From Candidatus Nanopelagicales bacterium (GTDB lineage Bacteria; Actinomycetota; Actinomycetes; S36-B12; JBBRLC01), in NCBI GenBank assembly GCA_038244765.1, contig JBBRTC010000005.1, forward strand, positions 915 through 64,914: a stretch of 64,000 bases of DNA, given 5' to 3'. The notes below the pieces were generated by a model, which saw only the letters and a list, made by a program, of their open reading frames with translations, was not told where the DNA came from and did no database searches. Of the stretch, positions 19,679 to 28,960 are shown piece after piece (position 1 is the stretch's first letter; every line of letters begins with the position of its first letter). The position numbers and the translations under genes are program-made.

Positions 19679-19694
19679 TTCGGTCTAGACCAAT
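19679..19694. promoter_or_regulatory. Candidate HutC/GntR-type operator TTCGGTCTAGACCAAT in a divergent promoter region
   Basis: Shares the 11-nt core CGGTCTAGACC with the palindrome at 12326..12341. Lies between the kinase start (19638, minus strand) and the glnA-like start (19779, plus strand). Confidence 0.55.
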
Positions 19695-19778
19695 CCAGCG
19701 ATTCGGTTTGCCCTCCGAATAGCGCGCGACACGGCAGGATGTGACGGCAAGCAGCGAATCACCGGTGAAGGAGGAGTT

Positions 19779-21143
19779 ATGGCGAAGACGGCACCTTTGA
19801 GCATTGAGGAGCTGCGCGAACTCATCGCGAGCGGCGATATCGACACCGTGCTCGTCGCGTTCACCGACATGCAGGGCCGGCTTCAGGGCAAGCGACTGCA
19901 CTCCCGCTTCTTCCTCGAAGAGGTGCTCCACCACGGCACTGAGGGGTGCAACTACCTATTAGCCATCGACATGGAAATGAATACCGTCGACGGCTACTCG
20001 ATGTCATCCTGGGATCTGGGTTACGGCGACATGGTTTTCAAGCCTGATCTTGACACGCTGCGTCGCTTGCCGTGGGCACCCGGCACGGCGATGTTGGTCG
20101 CCGATCTCGAGTGGGAAGACGGTCGCGAAGTCGTCGCGTCCCCTCGACAGATTTTGAAACGGCAGACCAATCGACTAGCCGAGCGCGGCTGGGAAGCCAT
20201 GGTGGGAACCGAACTTGAATTCATCGTCTTCCGTGATACCTACGAAAGCGCCTGGGACGCGACATACCGTGAACTCACCCCCGCCAACCAGTACAACATC
20301 GACTACTCGGTGCTTGGAACTGCGCGAGTAGAGCCGCTGCTTCGCCGCATTCGCAACGAAATGACCGATGCAGGGCTCTACGTCGAGTCGGCCAAAGGCG
20401 AATGCAACCTCGGCCAGCATGAGATCGCGTTCAGGTACGCCGAGGCGGTCCAAACATGCGACAACCATGCTGTCTACAAGAGTGGCGCCAAGGAAATTGC
20501 GGCCCAAGAGGGTATGGCGTTGACCTTCATGGCGAAGTTCAACCAGCGCGAAGGCAACTCGTGCCACGTCCACATCTCGCTGCGCGGAATCGATGGTTCG
20601 ATGATCATGGCGGACCACGATGCGGCTGACGGGATGTCAGCTCTCGGTCGTTCATTCATCGCCGGTCAAGTTGCCCATATGCGCGAACTCACTTTGTTCT
20701 CCGCGCCAAACATCAACTCCTATAAACGCTACGTCCCAGGCTCGTTTGCTCCCACTTCGGTTGCATGGGGTCGAGACAACCGCACGTGCTCCTTGCGTCT
20801 CGTGGGTCACGGACCCTCACTGCGAGTCGAGAACCGCGTACCGGGTGGCGATGTCAACCCCTACCTCGTCGTTGCCGCGCTGATCGCCGCCGGACTCGAT
20901 GGAATCGATCGCGGCCTGGAACTCGGAGAACCCTTCGCTGGCAATGCCTACGAGGCGGACGCACCGCAGGTGCCTCACACGATGGCGATGGCAGCACAGT
21001 TGTGGGAATCGTCGGATTTCGCTCGTTCAGTCTTCGGCGATGAAGTCGTTGAGCACTACGCGAACTACGCTCGAGTTGAACTATCGGCGTATGACAGCGC
21101 CGTGACCGACTGGGAACTCGTACGCAACTTCGAACGAAGTTAG
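19779..21143 (+). CDS. Glutamine synthetase-family gamma-glutamyl-amine synthetase (GlnA4/PuuA-like)
   Basis: GS catalytic-domain motifs [10 protein letters not shown] and NRTCSLRL...[15 protein letters not shown]. Genomic context with aldehyde dehydrogenase, SDR and a PuuD-like hydrolase. Confidence 0.85.
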   Translation: MAKTAPLSIEELRELIASGDIDTVLVAFTDMQGRLQGKRLHSRFFLEEVLHHGTEGCNYLLAIDMEMNTVDGYSMSSWDLGYGDMVFKPDLDTLRRLPWAPGTAMLVADLEWEDGREVVASPRQILKRQTNRLAERGWEAMVGTELEFIVFRDTYESAWDATYRELTPANQYNIDYSVLGTARVEPLLRRIRNEMTDAGLYVESAKGECNLGQHEIAFRYAEAVQTCDNHAVYKSGAKEIAAQEGMALTFMAKFNQREGNSCHVHISLRGIDGSMIMADHDAADGMSALGRSFIAGQVAHMRELTLFSAPNINSYKRYVPGSFAPTSVAWGRDNRTCSLRLVGHGPSLRVENRVPGGDVNPYLVVAALIAAGLDGIDRGLELGEPFAGNAYEADAPQVPHTMAMAAQLWESSDFARSVFGDEVVEHYANYARVELSAYDSAVTDWELVRNFERS

Positions 21144-21156
21144 GGACATCTCAAGC

Positions 21157-22524
21157 ATGACTACGACGTACGACGTCATCAGCCCAGTAACGATCCAAGT
21201 GGTTGCGACCGTTGCCGAACTCGACTTGATCGAAACTGACCTCGCAATCGAGCGTTCGCGCTTGGCCTTTGAGTCGTGGCGTGCGGTGAGCCCAGGTGAT
21301 CGGGCGCGGCTGCTGAGGCGCTTTGCTGAAGTTGTCGACGCCCATGGCGAGGAGTTGGCGCAACTCGAAGTACGCAATACCGGTCACACAATCTCCAACG
21401 CGCGTTGGGAGGCGGGCAATGTCCGCGATGTGCTGGCCTACTACTCCGCTTCGCCGGAAAGGCTGTTCGGTCGACAGATCCCAGTCCCTGGCGGCGTGAA
21501 CATCACATTCAAGGAGCCACTTGGTGTGGTCGGCGTCATCGTCCCGTGGAACTTCCCCATGCCGATTGCCGGTTGGGGATTCGCTCCCGCGTTAGCGGCC
21601 GGAAACACCGTCGTCCTCAAACCCGCTGAGATCACGCCGCTCACTGCTATCCGGCTCGCCGAACTGGCACGTGACGCCGGGCTCCCCGACGATGTGTTCC
21701 AGGTGTTGCCCGGCAAGGGTTCCGTGGTGGGTGAGCGGTTTGTAACCAACCCAACCGTGCGCAAAGTGGTATTTACCGGGTCGACACAGATCGGCAAACG
21801 AGTAATGGCGGGATGCGCCGACCAGGTCAAACGGGTCACGCTTGAACTAGGCGGCAAGAGCGCGAACGTTATTTTTGCTGACGCCGATCTCGCAAAAGCT
21901 GCCGCGAGCGCGCCCGGCGGAGCTTTCGACAATGCCGGGCAAGACTGTTGCGCGCGTTCGCGAATTCTGGTGCAGCGCAGCGTCTTCGACGAGTTCATGG
22001 CGTTGCTGGAACCGGCCGTCCTCGCCGTACGCTGCGAAGATCCTGCGCTCGAAACTGCAGACATGGGTCCTCTCGTGTCAGCCGCTCAACTCGCCACGAT
22101 TTCTTCCTACGTGGACGCCGAATCCTCGATTGCGATCCAAGGATCCGCGCCAGAAGGTCCCGGCTACTGGTTCCCGGCCACTGTGCTCGCCCCAGTGTCA
22201 GAAACGGATCGAGCCTGGCGCGAAGAGATCTTTGGCCCCGTCGTGGCCGTGATGGCGTTCGACGACGAGGCCGATGCGGTCCGACTGGCAAACGACTCCG
22301 ACTACGGATTGTCCGGGTCCATCTGGACGCGCGATGTCGGTCGCGCAATGCGCGTTGCTCGCTCAATCGAAAGTGGCAACCTGTCGGTCAATTCGCATTC
22401 GTCCGTCCGCTACTGGACACCGTTTGGCGGCTACAAACAATCCGGCCTGGGTCGCGAGCTCGGCCCGGATGCCGTTGATGCCTTCACCGAGACCAAGAAC
22501 GTCTTCTTTGATACTGACGACTGA
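21157..22524 (+). CDS. NAD(P)-dependent aldehyde dehydrogenase
   Basis: Motif [11 protein letters not shown] and catalytic Cys context GQDCCARSR. Confidence 0.9.
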   Translation: MTTTYDVISPVTIQVVATVAELDLIETDLAIERSRLAFESWRAVSPGDRARLLRRFAEVVDAHGEELAQLEVRNTGHTISNARWEAGNVRDVLAYYSASPERLFGRQIPVPGGVNITFKEPLGVVGVIVPWNFPMPIAGWGFAPALAAGNTVVLKPAEITPLTAIRLAELARDAGLPDDVFQVLPGKGSVVGERFVTNPTVRKVVFTGSTQIGKRVMAGCADQVKRVTLELGGKSANVIFADADLAKAAASAPGGAFDNAGQDCCARSRILVQRSVFDEFMALLEPAVLAVRCEDPALETADMGPLVSAAQLATISSYVDAESSIAIQGSAPEGPGYWFPATVLAPVSETDRAWREEIFGPVVAVMAFDDEADAVRLANDSDYGLSGSIWTRDVGRAMRVARSIESGNLSVNSHSSVRYWTPFGGYKQSGLGRELGPDAVDAFTETKNVFFDTDD

Positions 22525-22567
22525 CTCTCCGACCCGCTGACCGACACTCATCCCCACGGAGGATTTC

Positions 22568-23332
22568 GTGAATCGCTTGCAGGATCGCGTTGCTGTCATC
22601 ACCGGTGGGGCAGGCGGAATCGGCCTTGCAACCGGGCTGCGTTTTGCGTCTGAAGGTGCTCGAGTTGTGATCGCCGACATGGTGGAGGAGGCGGGAGCCG
22701 CGGCAGCAGAAGCGGTCGGGGGTATCTACGTCAGGACCGACGTGACCAATGCCGATGACGTCGCCGCGATGTTCAAAACAGCGTTCGACACGTACGGCTC
22801 GGTTGACATCGCATTCAACAACGCAGGTATTTCCCCGCCAGACGACGATTCAATCCTCGACACCGGCATCGAAGCGTGGGATCGCGTACAACGGGTGAAC
22901 CTCACGTCAGTCTATTTGTGTTGCAAGGAGGTAATTCCCTACATGCAGCGTCAGGGCAAGGGCTCGATCATCAATACCGCATCTTTTGTCGCCACCATGG
23001 GCGCGGCGACTTCGCAAATCTCCTACACCGCGTCTAAGGGCGGCGTACTCGCCATGTCTCGCGAACTCGGTGTTCAGTTCGCCCGCGAAGGCATCCGCGT
23101 GAATGCGCTGAGTCCTGGCCCCATCAATACTCCGCTGCTTCAAGAACTTTTCGCCAAAGACCCCGAGCGGGCAGCGCGACGAATGGTTCACATCCCCTTT
23201 GGACGATTCGGTGAGCCGTCCGAAATCGCTGCGGCAGTGGCATTCTTGGCCTCAGATGATTCCTCATTCATCACGGCATCCAACTTCTTGGTCGACGGCG
23301 GAATCTCGGGGGCGTACGTCACACCGCTCTAA
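22568..23332 (+). CDS. SDR-family oxidoreductase
   Basis: Cofactor motif ITGGAGGIG and catalytic YTASK. GTG start. Confidence 0.88.
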   Translation: MNRLQDRVAVITGGAGGIGLATGLRFASEGARVVIADMVEEAGAAAAEAVGGIYVRTDVTNADDVAAMFKTAFDTYGSVDIAFNNAGISPPDDDSILDTGIEAWDRVQRVNLTSVYLCCKEVIPYMQRQGKGSIINTASFVATMGAATSQISYTASKGGVLAMSRELGVQFAREGIRVNALSPGPINTPLLQELFAKDPERAARRMVHIPFGRFGEPSEIAAAVAFLASDDSSFITASNFLVDGGISGAYVTPL

Positions 23333-23363
23333 CTGCAACAGTGGACCGCACGAGAGGATCACG

Positions 23364-24062
23364 ATGTACCGGCCCGTCATCGGCATCACGGCATACGTCG
23401 AACAAGCGCGCTGGGGTGTGTGGGACACGATGGCGACGCTGATCCCCCATGCGTACGTGCACGCTGTCACCGTCAGCGGCGGTCGGGCCGTCGTTATCCC
23501 GCCCGAGTCCGTCGCGCCGGACCTGGTCGAACTTCTCGACGGCCTCGTTCTCGCTGGCGGGCCCGACGTGACGCCGGACAATTACGGACAGACTCCGCAC
23601 ACCGAGACAACCGTCGTACGTCCCGAACGCGACGCCGCGGAATTGGGCGTACTGCATGCGGCCCTTGCTGCCGATCTGCCGGTGTTAGGTGTGTGCCGCG
23701 GATTGCAGTTGATGGCGGTCGATGCTGGGGGTCACTTGCACCAGCACGTTCCGGATCTCGTCGGCCACGTTGCCCACCGGCCAGCCCCCGGAGAATACGG
23801 CGTACACAACGCCCGGTTCACCCCGGGAAGCCGGATTGCCGCCGTACTCGGCGAAGAACTTGTAGTGAACTCCTATCACCACCAATCGGTGGCGGACGCG
23901 GGCAGTCTCGTCGTCACTGGATGGGCTGACGATGACACCATCGAGGTCGCCGAGATGAACGGTCGGCGCTTTGTCCTCGGCGTCCAGTGGCACCCGGAAG
24001 CCACCGACGACCACCGCCTTTTCGCCGCGTTGGTCGACGCCGCGAGAGAATCCCGCCCCTGA
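23364..24062 (+). CDS. Gamma-glutamyl-amide hydrolase (PuuD-like, peptidase C26 / class I glutamine amidotransferase)
   Basis: Nucleophile elbow GVCRGLQLM and the QWHPE motif. ATG at 23364 lies inside the longer ORF 23199..24062. Confidence 0.85.
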   Translation: MYRPVIGITAYVEQARWGVWDTMATLIPHAYVHAVTVSGGRAVVIPPESVAPDLVELLDGLVLAGGPDVTPDNYGQTPHTETTVVRPERDAAELGVLHAALAADLPVLGVCRGLQLMAVDAGGHLHQHVPDLVGHVAHRPAPGEYGVHNARFTPGSRIAAVLGEELVVNSYHHQSVADAGSLVVTGWADDDTIEVAEMNGRRFVLGVQWHPEATDDHRLFAALVDAARESRP

Positions 24063-24077
24063 ACACTCACCCCTGAT

Positions 24078-24141
24078 CGCCGAGTCGTCAGTTCTTGGTC
24101 AGTTAGAGGCCCTCCAGTGACCAAAAAGTGACGACTCGGCG
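24078..24141 (+). terminator. Nested long hairpin downstream of the gamma-glutamylation operon
   Basis: Outer perfect 13-bp arms CGCCGAGTCGTCA / TGACGACTCGGCG. Inner 7-bp arms TTGGTCA / TGACCAA. Confidence 0.6.
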
Positions 24142-24168
24142 GAGGGGGTGGCGGCTTAGGATCGAACC

Positions 24169-24969
24169 GTGACCGAAACAGGCGTACGGGCTGCAGCGTT
24201 CTTTGATTTAGACAAGACGATCTTGGCCAAATCCAGCAGCCTGCTGTTTGCCCGGCCCTTCTACAAAGGCGGACTCATCGGTCGAGCCGACGTGCTGAAG
24301 AGCGGCTACGCGCAGTTCCTCTACCTCGCCAGTGGCGCTGACCACGACCAGATGGAACAAATGCGCTCGTACCTCTCAGCGCTATGTCGCGGTTGGGAAG
24401 TCGACAAGGTCAGCGCCATCGTTGCCGAAACGCTTGACGAACTTGTCGAACCGATCATCTATTCCGAGGCGCTCGCGCTCATCGACGAACATCACGCTGC
24501 CGGACGCGATGTGATCATCATTTCGTCGTCTGGCACCGAAATGGTCGAGTTGATCGGAGCGCGGCTCGGCGCCGAGATCGCGATTGGTACCCAGATGGAA
24601 ATCGTCGATGGTCGCTATAGCGGCGAGATTCTGTTCTACGCGTACGGCGAGGGAAAGGCCGATGCCATGCGCGCCCTTGCGAGCGAGCACGGGTACGACC
24701 TATCCGCCTCGTACGCCTATTCCGACTCCGCCACCGACGCACCAATGCTTGAGCTGGTCGGACATCCGGTCGCTGTCAATCCCGACCTCGAACTCCGTGG
24801 GCTCGCCGAGGTGCGCAACTGGCCGGTGCTTGATTTCGAAAAGCCGGTCGCCATGCGATCGCGGCTCAGCGCACAGGAGACCAAGCGAGCCGCCGGCGCT
24901 GCTGGCGTCGCCCTTGGTGCTGCGGCCCTCGGTGTCGCCTGGTACGCCGCGCGTCGACGCCCGCGATAA
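24169..24969 (+). CDS. HAD-IB family hydrolase (SerB-like phosphatase family) with C-terminal hydrophobic tail
   Basis: Motif I FFDLDKTI, a HAD-IB cap region, and the C-terminal segment AAGAAGVALGAAALGVAWYAA. Confidence 0.8.
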   Translation: MTETGVRAAAFFDLDKTILAKSSSLLFARPFYKGGLIGRADVLKSGYAQFLYLASGADHDQMEQMRSYLSALCRGWEVDKVSAIVAETLDELVEPIIYSEALALIDEHHAAGRDVIIISSSGTEMVELIGARLGAEIAIGTQMEIVDGRYSGEILFYAYGEGKADAMRALASEHGYDLSASYAYSDSATDAPMLELVGHPVAVNPDLELRGLAEVRNWPVLDFEKPVAMRSRLSAQETKRAAGAAGVALGAAALGVAWYAARRRPR

Positions 24970-25023
24970 GCGCAACGTCACACAACGAGCGCAATTGGAT
25001 TAGTTCGGGGCAATAATCGTGAC

Positions 25024-25686
25024 GTGAACCCCGGTGATCCGCGAAGCGAACGCCTCAATGCAAGTGAGATCGAGGTCGTGCTCTCAGGTCACGGCGAGGC
25101 GTACCTGTCGTTTGATGAACTGTCCCACGAAACTCTCGCCCACGACGAGCGGCCCTCACTGACTCAGCGGGCCAGGCTATGGATTTCCACTCATCGTGGG
25201 CAATCAGCAGTCATTGCATTCGTCATCGCGCTCGCGGGCGTGGCCAGCTTGGTCGCAATCGCTGGCCCCAAAACGGCACCGCCAGCACCAATCACGATCG
25301 CAGTGGAATCGACGGGCACGGTGAACAACGGCGCAACCATCGAGTTCCGCACCATCAGCGTCGAAATCAATCTTCACGACTCCAGCGTGGGCGGTCCCGG
25401 GTACACGTTGTTCACGGTTTCGGGACCGCACATCACTCGAGGCCGATCCACGATCGCGTACGTCGGCCCTGGGCAAACTGTGGGAGGCATCCTCTACGCC
25501 GACGTAGATTGCAGCGGCACGCCCAGTGAGACGGACAAGTACGAAATCGCGTTGACGGTGGGGCGGCTCAGCGACTCGGCCAACCAATCCGCTGATCGAG
25601 TGGCGATCGGATTGGGTCCCGTTGAGGGAACCTGGAGATCACTTGTCAAGAAGGCGTGCGAAGAGAAGTCCGTCATTATCGGCTAG
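25024..25686 (+). CDS. Hypothetical single-pass membrane protein
   Basis: GTG start. One TM helix (SAVIAFVIALAGVASLVAIAG) followed by a beta-rich extracytoplasmic region. No family recognised. Confidence 0.5.
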   Translation: MNPGDPRSERLNASEIEVVLSGHGEAYLSFDELSHETLAHDERPSLTQRARLWISTHRGQSAVIAFVIALAGVASLVAIAGPKTAPPAPITIAVESTGTVNNGATIEFRTISVEINLHDSSVGGPGYTLFTVSGPHITRGRSTIAYVGPGQTVGGILYADVDCSGTPSETDKYEIALTVGRLSDSANQSADRVAIGLGPVEGTWRSLVKKACEEKSVIIG

Positions 25687-25991
25687 CCGCAGCCGGCTCC
25701 TCGTTTCGCGACACGCCGCAGCGTTCACGGCGCCGTACGGCGTGTTGGCCGTTGGCAGAAACTCACGCCGTTTTGGGGTTCCGCCGCGGTGGCAATTGGC
25801 GGTAGGAACGGACTGCTGGCGACGGCACCGCCACTCACGCGCGAGCGTGTGCGGACGGACCTGATACCGAGTGCATCGAACGGGTACCCACGCGGCGACC
25901 TGCCCATGTACGGGCGTCCGAGGCGTGACGCAAGTCGCGCCCGGCGGATGAGTAGCACGCTTGATCGCCCGACTATTCGGTGCGCATCGCG

Positions 25992-26021
25992 ACGGCGCCC
26001 CACGCGCGCGAGGGGCGCCGT
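25992..26021. terminator. GC-rich hairpin in a convergent intergenic region
   Basis: Perfect 10-bp arms ACGGCGCCCC / GGGGCGCCGT with a 10-nt loop, 54 nt downstream of the minus-strand gene ending at 26075. Confidence 0.5.
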
Positions 26022-26074
26022 TCGCGTGCCGATGAAAGCGCCCAGCGTTCAATAGAGACTGACGACCGTACCTT

Positions 26075-26917
26075 TCACGCAGAACGGAGGCGGGAGTGAG
26101 ATTGGCGCGCGGCGATAGCGACCGCATCGGCATGAAAGATCAACCACGTAGCGAGCCCTTCGGGTTCTCCGTTGGCGAATCCGCGCAACGCGGCGACGTA
26201 CTTGGGTCGACCGAGCGCCACAATCCCCGCTTCGACAGGAACCAAGAAATCAGGATCGAGAATCCGCGTGGCTAATGTCAATCGACCTGACGCGCGGGCC
26301 ACAAGGCCTGAGCCCCACGCGAATGGGCGAAGGACGGCCAATTCAGCGTGAACAACTGCGGCCACCACCAGAGCAGGCGCCTCAGTCGGACGGGTTATCA
26401 GATCCACAAGTAGTTCCATCCTGGAAGCGACCTCAGCTACATCGGGAGGCGCACCCAACCGCAGAGGATCGTCGGGCGATGGGGAGGGTCGCGACGGCGA
26501 GCGCGCTGGCAAGGCGGAAGGTCCCGACAGCGAGCGCGGGCGGCCCAACACCTCGGGGTCAACAAAACCCACCGCAGCGACCGCGTGCAATCGTGCGAGC
26601 GCTTGAAGCGGCGAGATTCGCCATATATCCACCAAGGCCGGCAATTCTCGCTGGACGCGAAGGGCGGCATCCGCAACTCGACCTATGGGTGACGAGTCCA
26701 ACGCTGAACCGTCACGAAAACCCTCGTACGAGATTTCGGCGCCTTCGAGGGCGGCCGCGGAATGAGCCGCAGCGAAGACAACTTCGCCAGCAAGTTCCGC
26801 GCCACGGGAGATCAGAGCGCGATCAAACAGAAGTTTGTCGACCTCGCCACGCGCTGCCTCACACACCGAGCCGACTTCGGGCAAGGTGGCAAGTCTGGCC
26901 AGCACGTCCGCCGTCAC
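26075..26917 (-). CDS. Conserved hypothetical protein, possible degenerate Fic/DOC-like fold
   Basis: Long ORF with coding-like composition. The segment HAELAVLRPFAWGSGLVARASGRL resembles the Fic motif HPFxDGNGRxxR, but the catalytic residues are replaced. Confidence 0.45.
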   Translation of the reverse strand: MTADVLARLATLPEVGSVCEAARGEVDKLLFDRALISRGAELAGEVVFAAAHSAAALEGAEISYEGFRDGSALDSSPIGRVADAALRVQRELPALVDIWRISPLQALARLHAVAAVGFVDPEVLGRPRSLSGPSALPARSPSRPSPSPDDPLRLGAPPDVAEVASRMELLVDLITRPTEAPALVVAAVVHAELAVLRPFAWGSGLVARASGRLTLATRILDPDFLVPVEAGIVALGRPKYVAALRGFANGEPEGLATWLIFHADAVAIAARQSHSRLRSA

Positions 26918-27001
26918 AGATCAGGAACCTAAGCCCCTCGATTCCGCAAACGCACGGCGGTGCCAGTTGCTCGGATCGAGTTCGGCTGGTGAGGTAGCCC
27001 C

Positions 27002-28960
27002 GTGACCAACGACGCCCTTGAGAACCTGCTGCGCGAAGATCGATCCTTCCCACCGACGCCGGAGTTCGCCGCCAACGCGAACGTCACGGCCGAGGCGTAC
27101 GACGAAGCCCGCGCGGATCGGGAATCCTTTTGGGCGACCCAAGCGCGGCGACTGGACTGGTCTCACGACTGGACCTCAGTACTCGATTGGTCAAAGGCGC
27201 CATTCGCGCGTTGGTTTGTTGACGGTCGACTAAACGTCACAGTCAACTGCGTTGATCGACACGTCGACGCGGGCAACGGGGATCGAGTGGCAATCCACTT
27301 CGAAGGCGAGCCGGGTGACACGCGCACGATTACCTATGCCGAGTTGCAGTCCGACGTCTGTCGAGCCGCAAACGCGCTCATTGAACTAGGTGTGCGCGCT
27401 GGTGACCGCGTCGCCATCTACCTTCCGATGATCCCCGAGGCCGCGATCTCAATGCTCGCCTGCGCCCGAATCGGCGCCGCGCATTCCGTCGTCTTCGGTG
27501 GCTTTTCCGCTGAAGCACTTCGTTCCCGAATTGACGACGCACAAGCGACCTTGGTCATTACCTCCGACGGGGGGAACCGCCGCGGCTCGCCTGCTGCGTT
27601 GAAACCCGCGGTCGACGAGGCGGTCGCAGCGACCCCACAGGTCCGCAACGTCTTGGTGGTACGCCGTACCGGCCAAGAGGTTGAGTGGACTGAGGGACGC
27701 GACGTCTGGTGGCATGACGTCATGTCGCGGCAGCCTGATACCCACACGGCAGAGTCCTTCGACAGCGAGCATCCGCTGTTCATCCTCTACACCAGCGGCA
27801 CGACGGGGAAGCCCAAGGGAATCCTGCACACAAGTGGCGGCTACCTCACCCAGACCGCCTACACACACCACGCAGTGTTCGATCTGAAGCCCGAGAGCGA
27901 CGTCTATTGGTGCACCGCCGATGTCGGTTGGGTGACTGGTCACTCGTACATCGTCTACGGACCACTCGCGAACGGCGCGACGCAAGTGATGTACGAAGGC
28001 ACACCCGACACTCCACATCGAGGGCGGTTCTGGGAGCTCATCGAGAAGTATGGCGTCACGATTCTCTACACCGCGCCGACCGCAATTCGAACGTTCATGA
28101 AGTGGGGCGAAGACATCCCCGCGCAGCACGACTTGTCATCACTTCGCCTGCTCGGAAGCGTTGGCGAACCCATTAATCCCGAGGCATGGATGTGGTACCA
28201 CCGCGTCATCGGTCACGACCGATGCCCAATCGTGGACACCTGGTGGCAAACCGAGACTGGCGCGATCATGATCAGCCCACTTCCCGGCGTGACCACGACA
28301 AAACCCGGCTCCGCCATGACTCCATTACCCGGCATCGGTGCCGCCGTCGTTGATGAGCGCGGCACCGAAGTACCGCACGGCGGAGGCGGCTTCCTCGTAC
28401 TTACCGAACCATGGCCGGCCATGTTGCGCGGCATTTGGGGCGACGATGAGCGGTACGCCTCGACCTACTGGCACCGCTGGCCACGTGTCTACTTTGCCGG
28501 CGATGGCGCGAAGTACGACGAGGACGGCGCGATTTGGTTGTTGGGACGCGTCGACGACGTCATGAATATCTCCGGGCATCGAATATCGACAACCGAGGTT
28601 GAGTCAGCGTTGGTCTCCCATCCGAGCGTCGCTGAGGCCGCGGTCGTCGGGGCATCGGATCCCACAACGGGTCAAGGCATCGTCGCGTTTGTGATCCTGC
28701 GCGGCGATGTTGAAAGCGGCCCCGGAGTCGTGACCGCGTTGCGCAATCATGTGGCCCACGAGATCGGCTCGATCGCGAAGCCACGTCAAATTCTGATTGT
28801 GGCCGAATTGCCAAAGACGCGTTCCGGAAAAATCATCCGTCGACTTCTGCGCGATGTGGCTGAACATCGAAGCTTGGGTGACGTCACAACGCTAGCCGAC
28901 CCCACGATCATGGCTCTCATCTCCACTGGTCTTGACAGCACCATCGCCGACGACTCGTGA
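27002..28960 (+). CDS. acs: Acetyl-CoA synthetase
   Basis: AMP-binding motif YTSGTTGKPKG. 652 aa with Acs-like N-terminus and C-terminus (PKTRSGKIIRRLLRD). GTG start. Confidence 0.95.
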   Translation: MTNDALENLLREDRSFPPTPEFAANANVTAEAYDEARADRESFWATQARRLDWSHDWTSVLDWSKAPFARWFVDGRLNVTVNCVDRHVDAGNGDRVAIHFEGEPGDTRTITYAELQSDVCRAANALIELGVRAGDRVAIYLPMIPEAAISMLACARIGAAHSVVFGGFSAEALRSRIDDAQATLVITSDGGNRRGSPAALKPAVDEAVAATPQVRNVLVVRRTGQEVEWTEGRDVWWHDVMSRQPDTHTAESFDSEHPLFILYTSGTTGKPKGILHTSGGYLTQTAYTHHAVFDLKPESDVYWCTADVGWVTGHSYIVYGPLANGATQVMYEGTPDTPHRGRFWELIEKYGVTILYTAPTAIRTFMKWGEDIPAQHDLSSLRLLGSVGEPINPEAWMWYHRVIGHDRCPIVDTWWQTETGAIMISPLPGVTTTKPGSAMTPLPGIGAAVVDERGTEVPHGGGGFLVLTEPWPAMLRGIWGDDERYASTYWHRWPRVYFAGDGAKYDEDGAIWLLGRVDDVMNISGHRISTTEVESALVSHPSVAEAAVVGASDPTTGQGIVAFVILRGDVESGPGVVTALRNHVAHEIGSIAKPRQILIVAELPKTRSGKIIRRLLRDVAEHRSLGDVTTLADPTIMALISTGLDSTIADDS

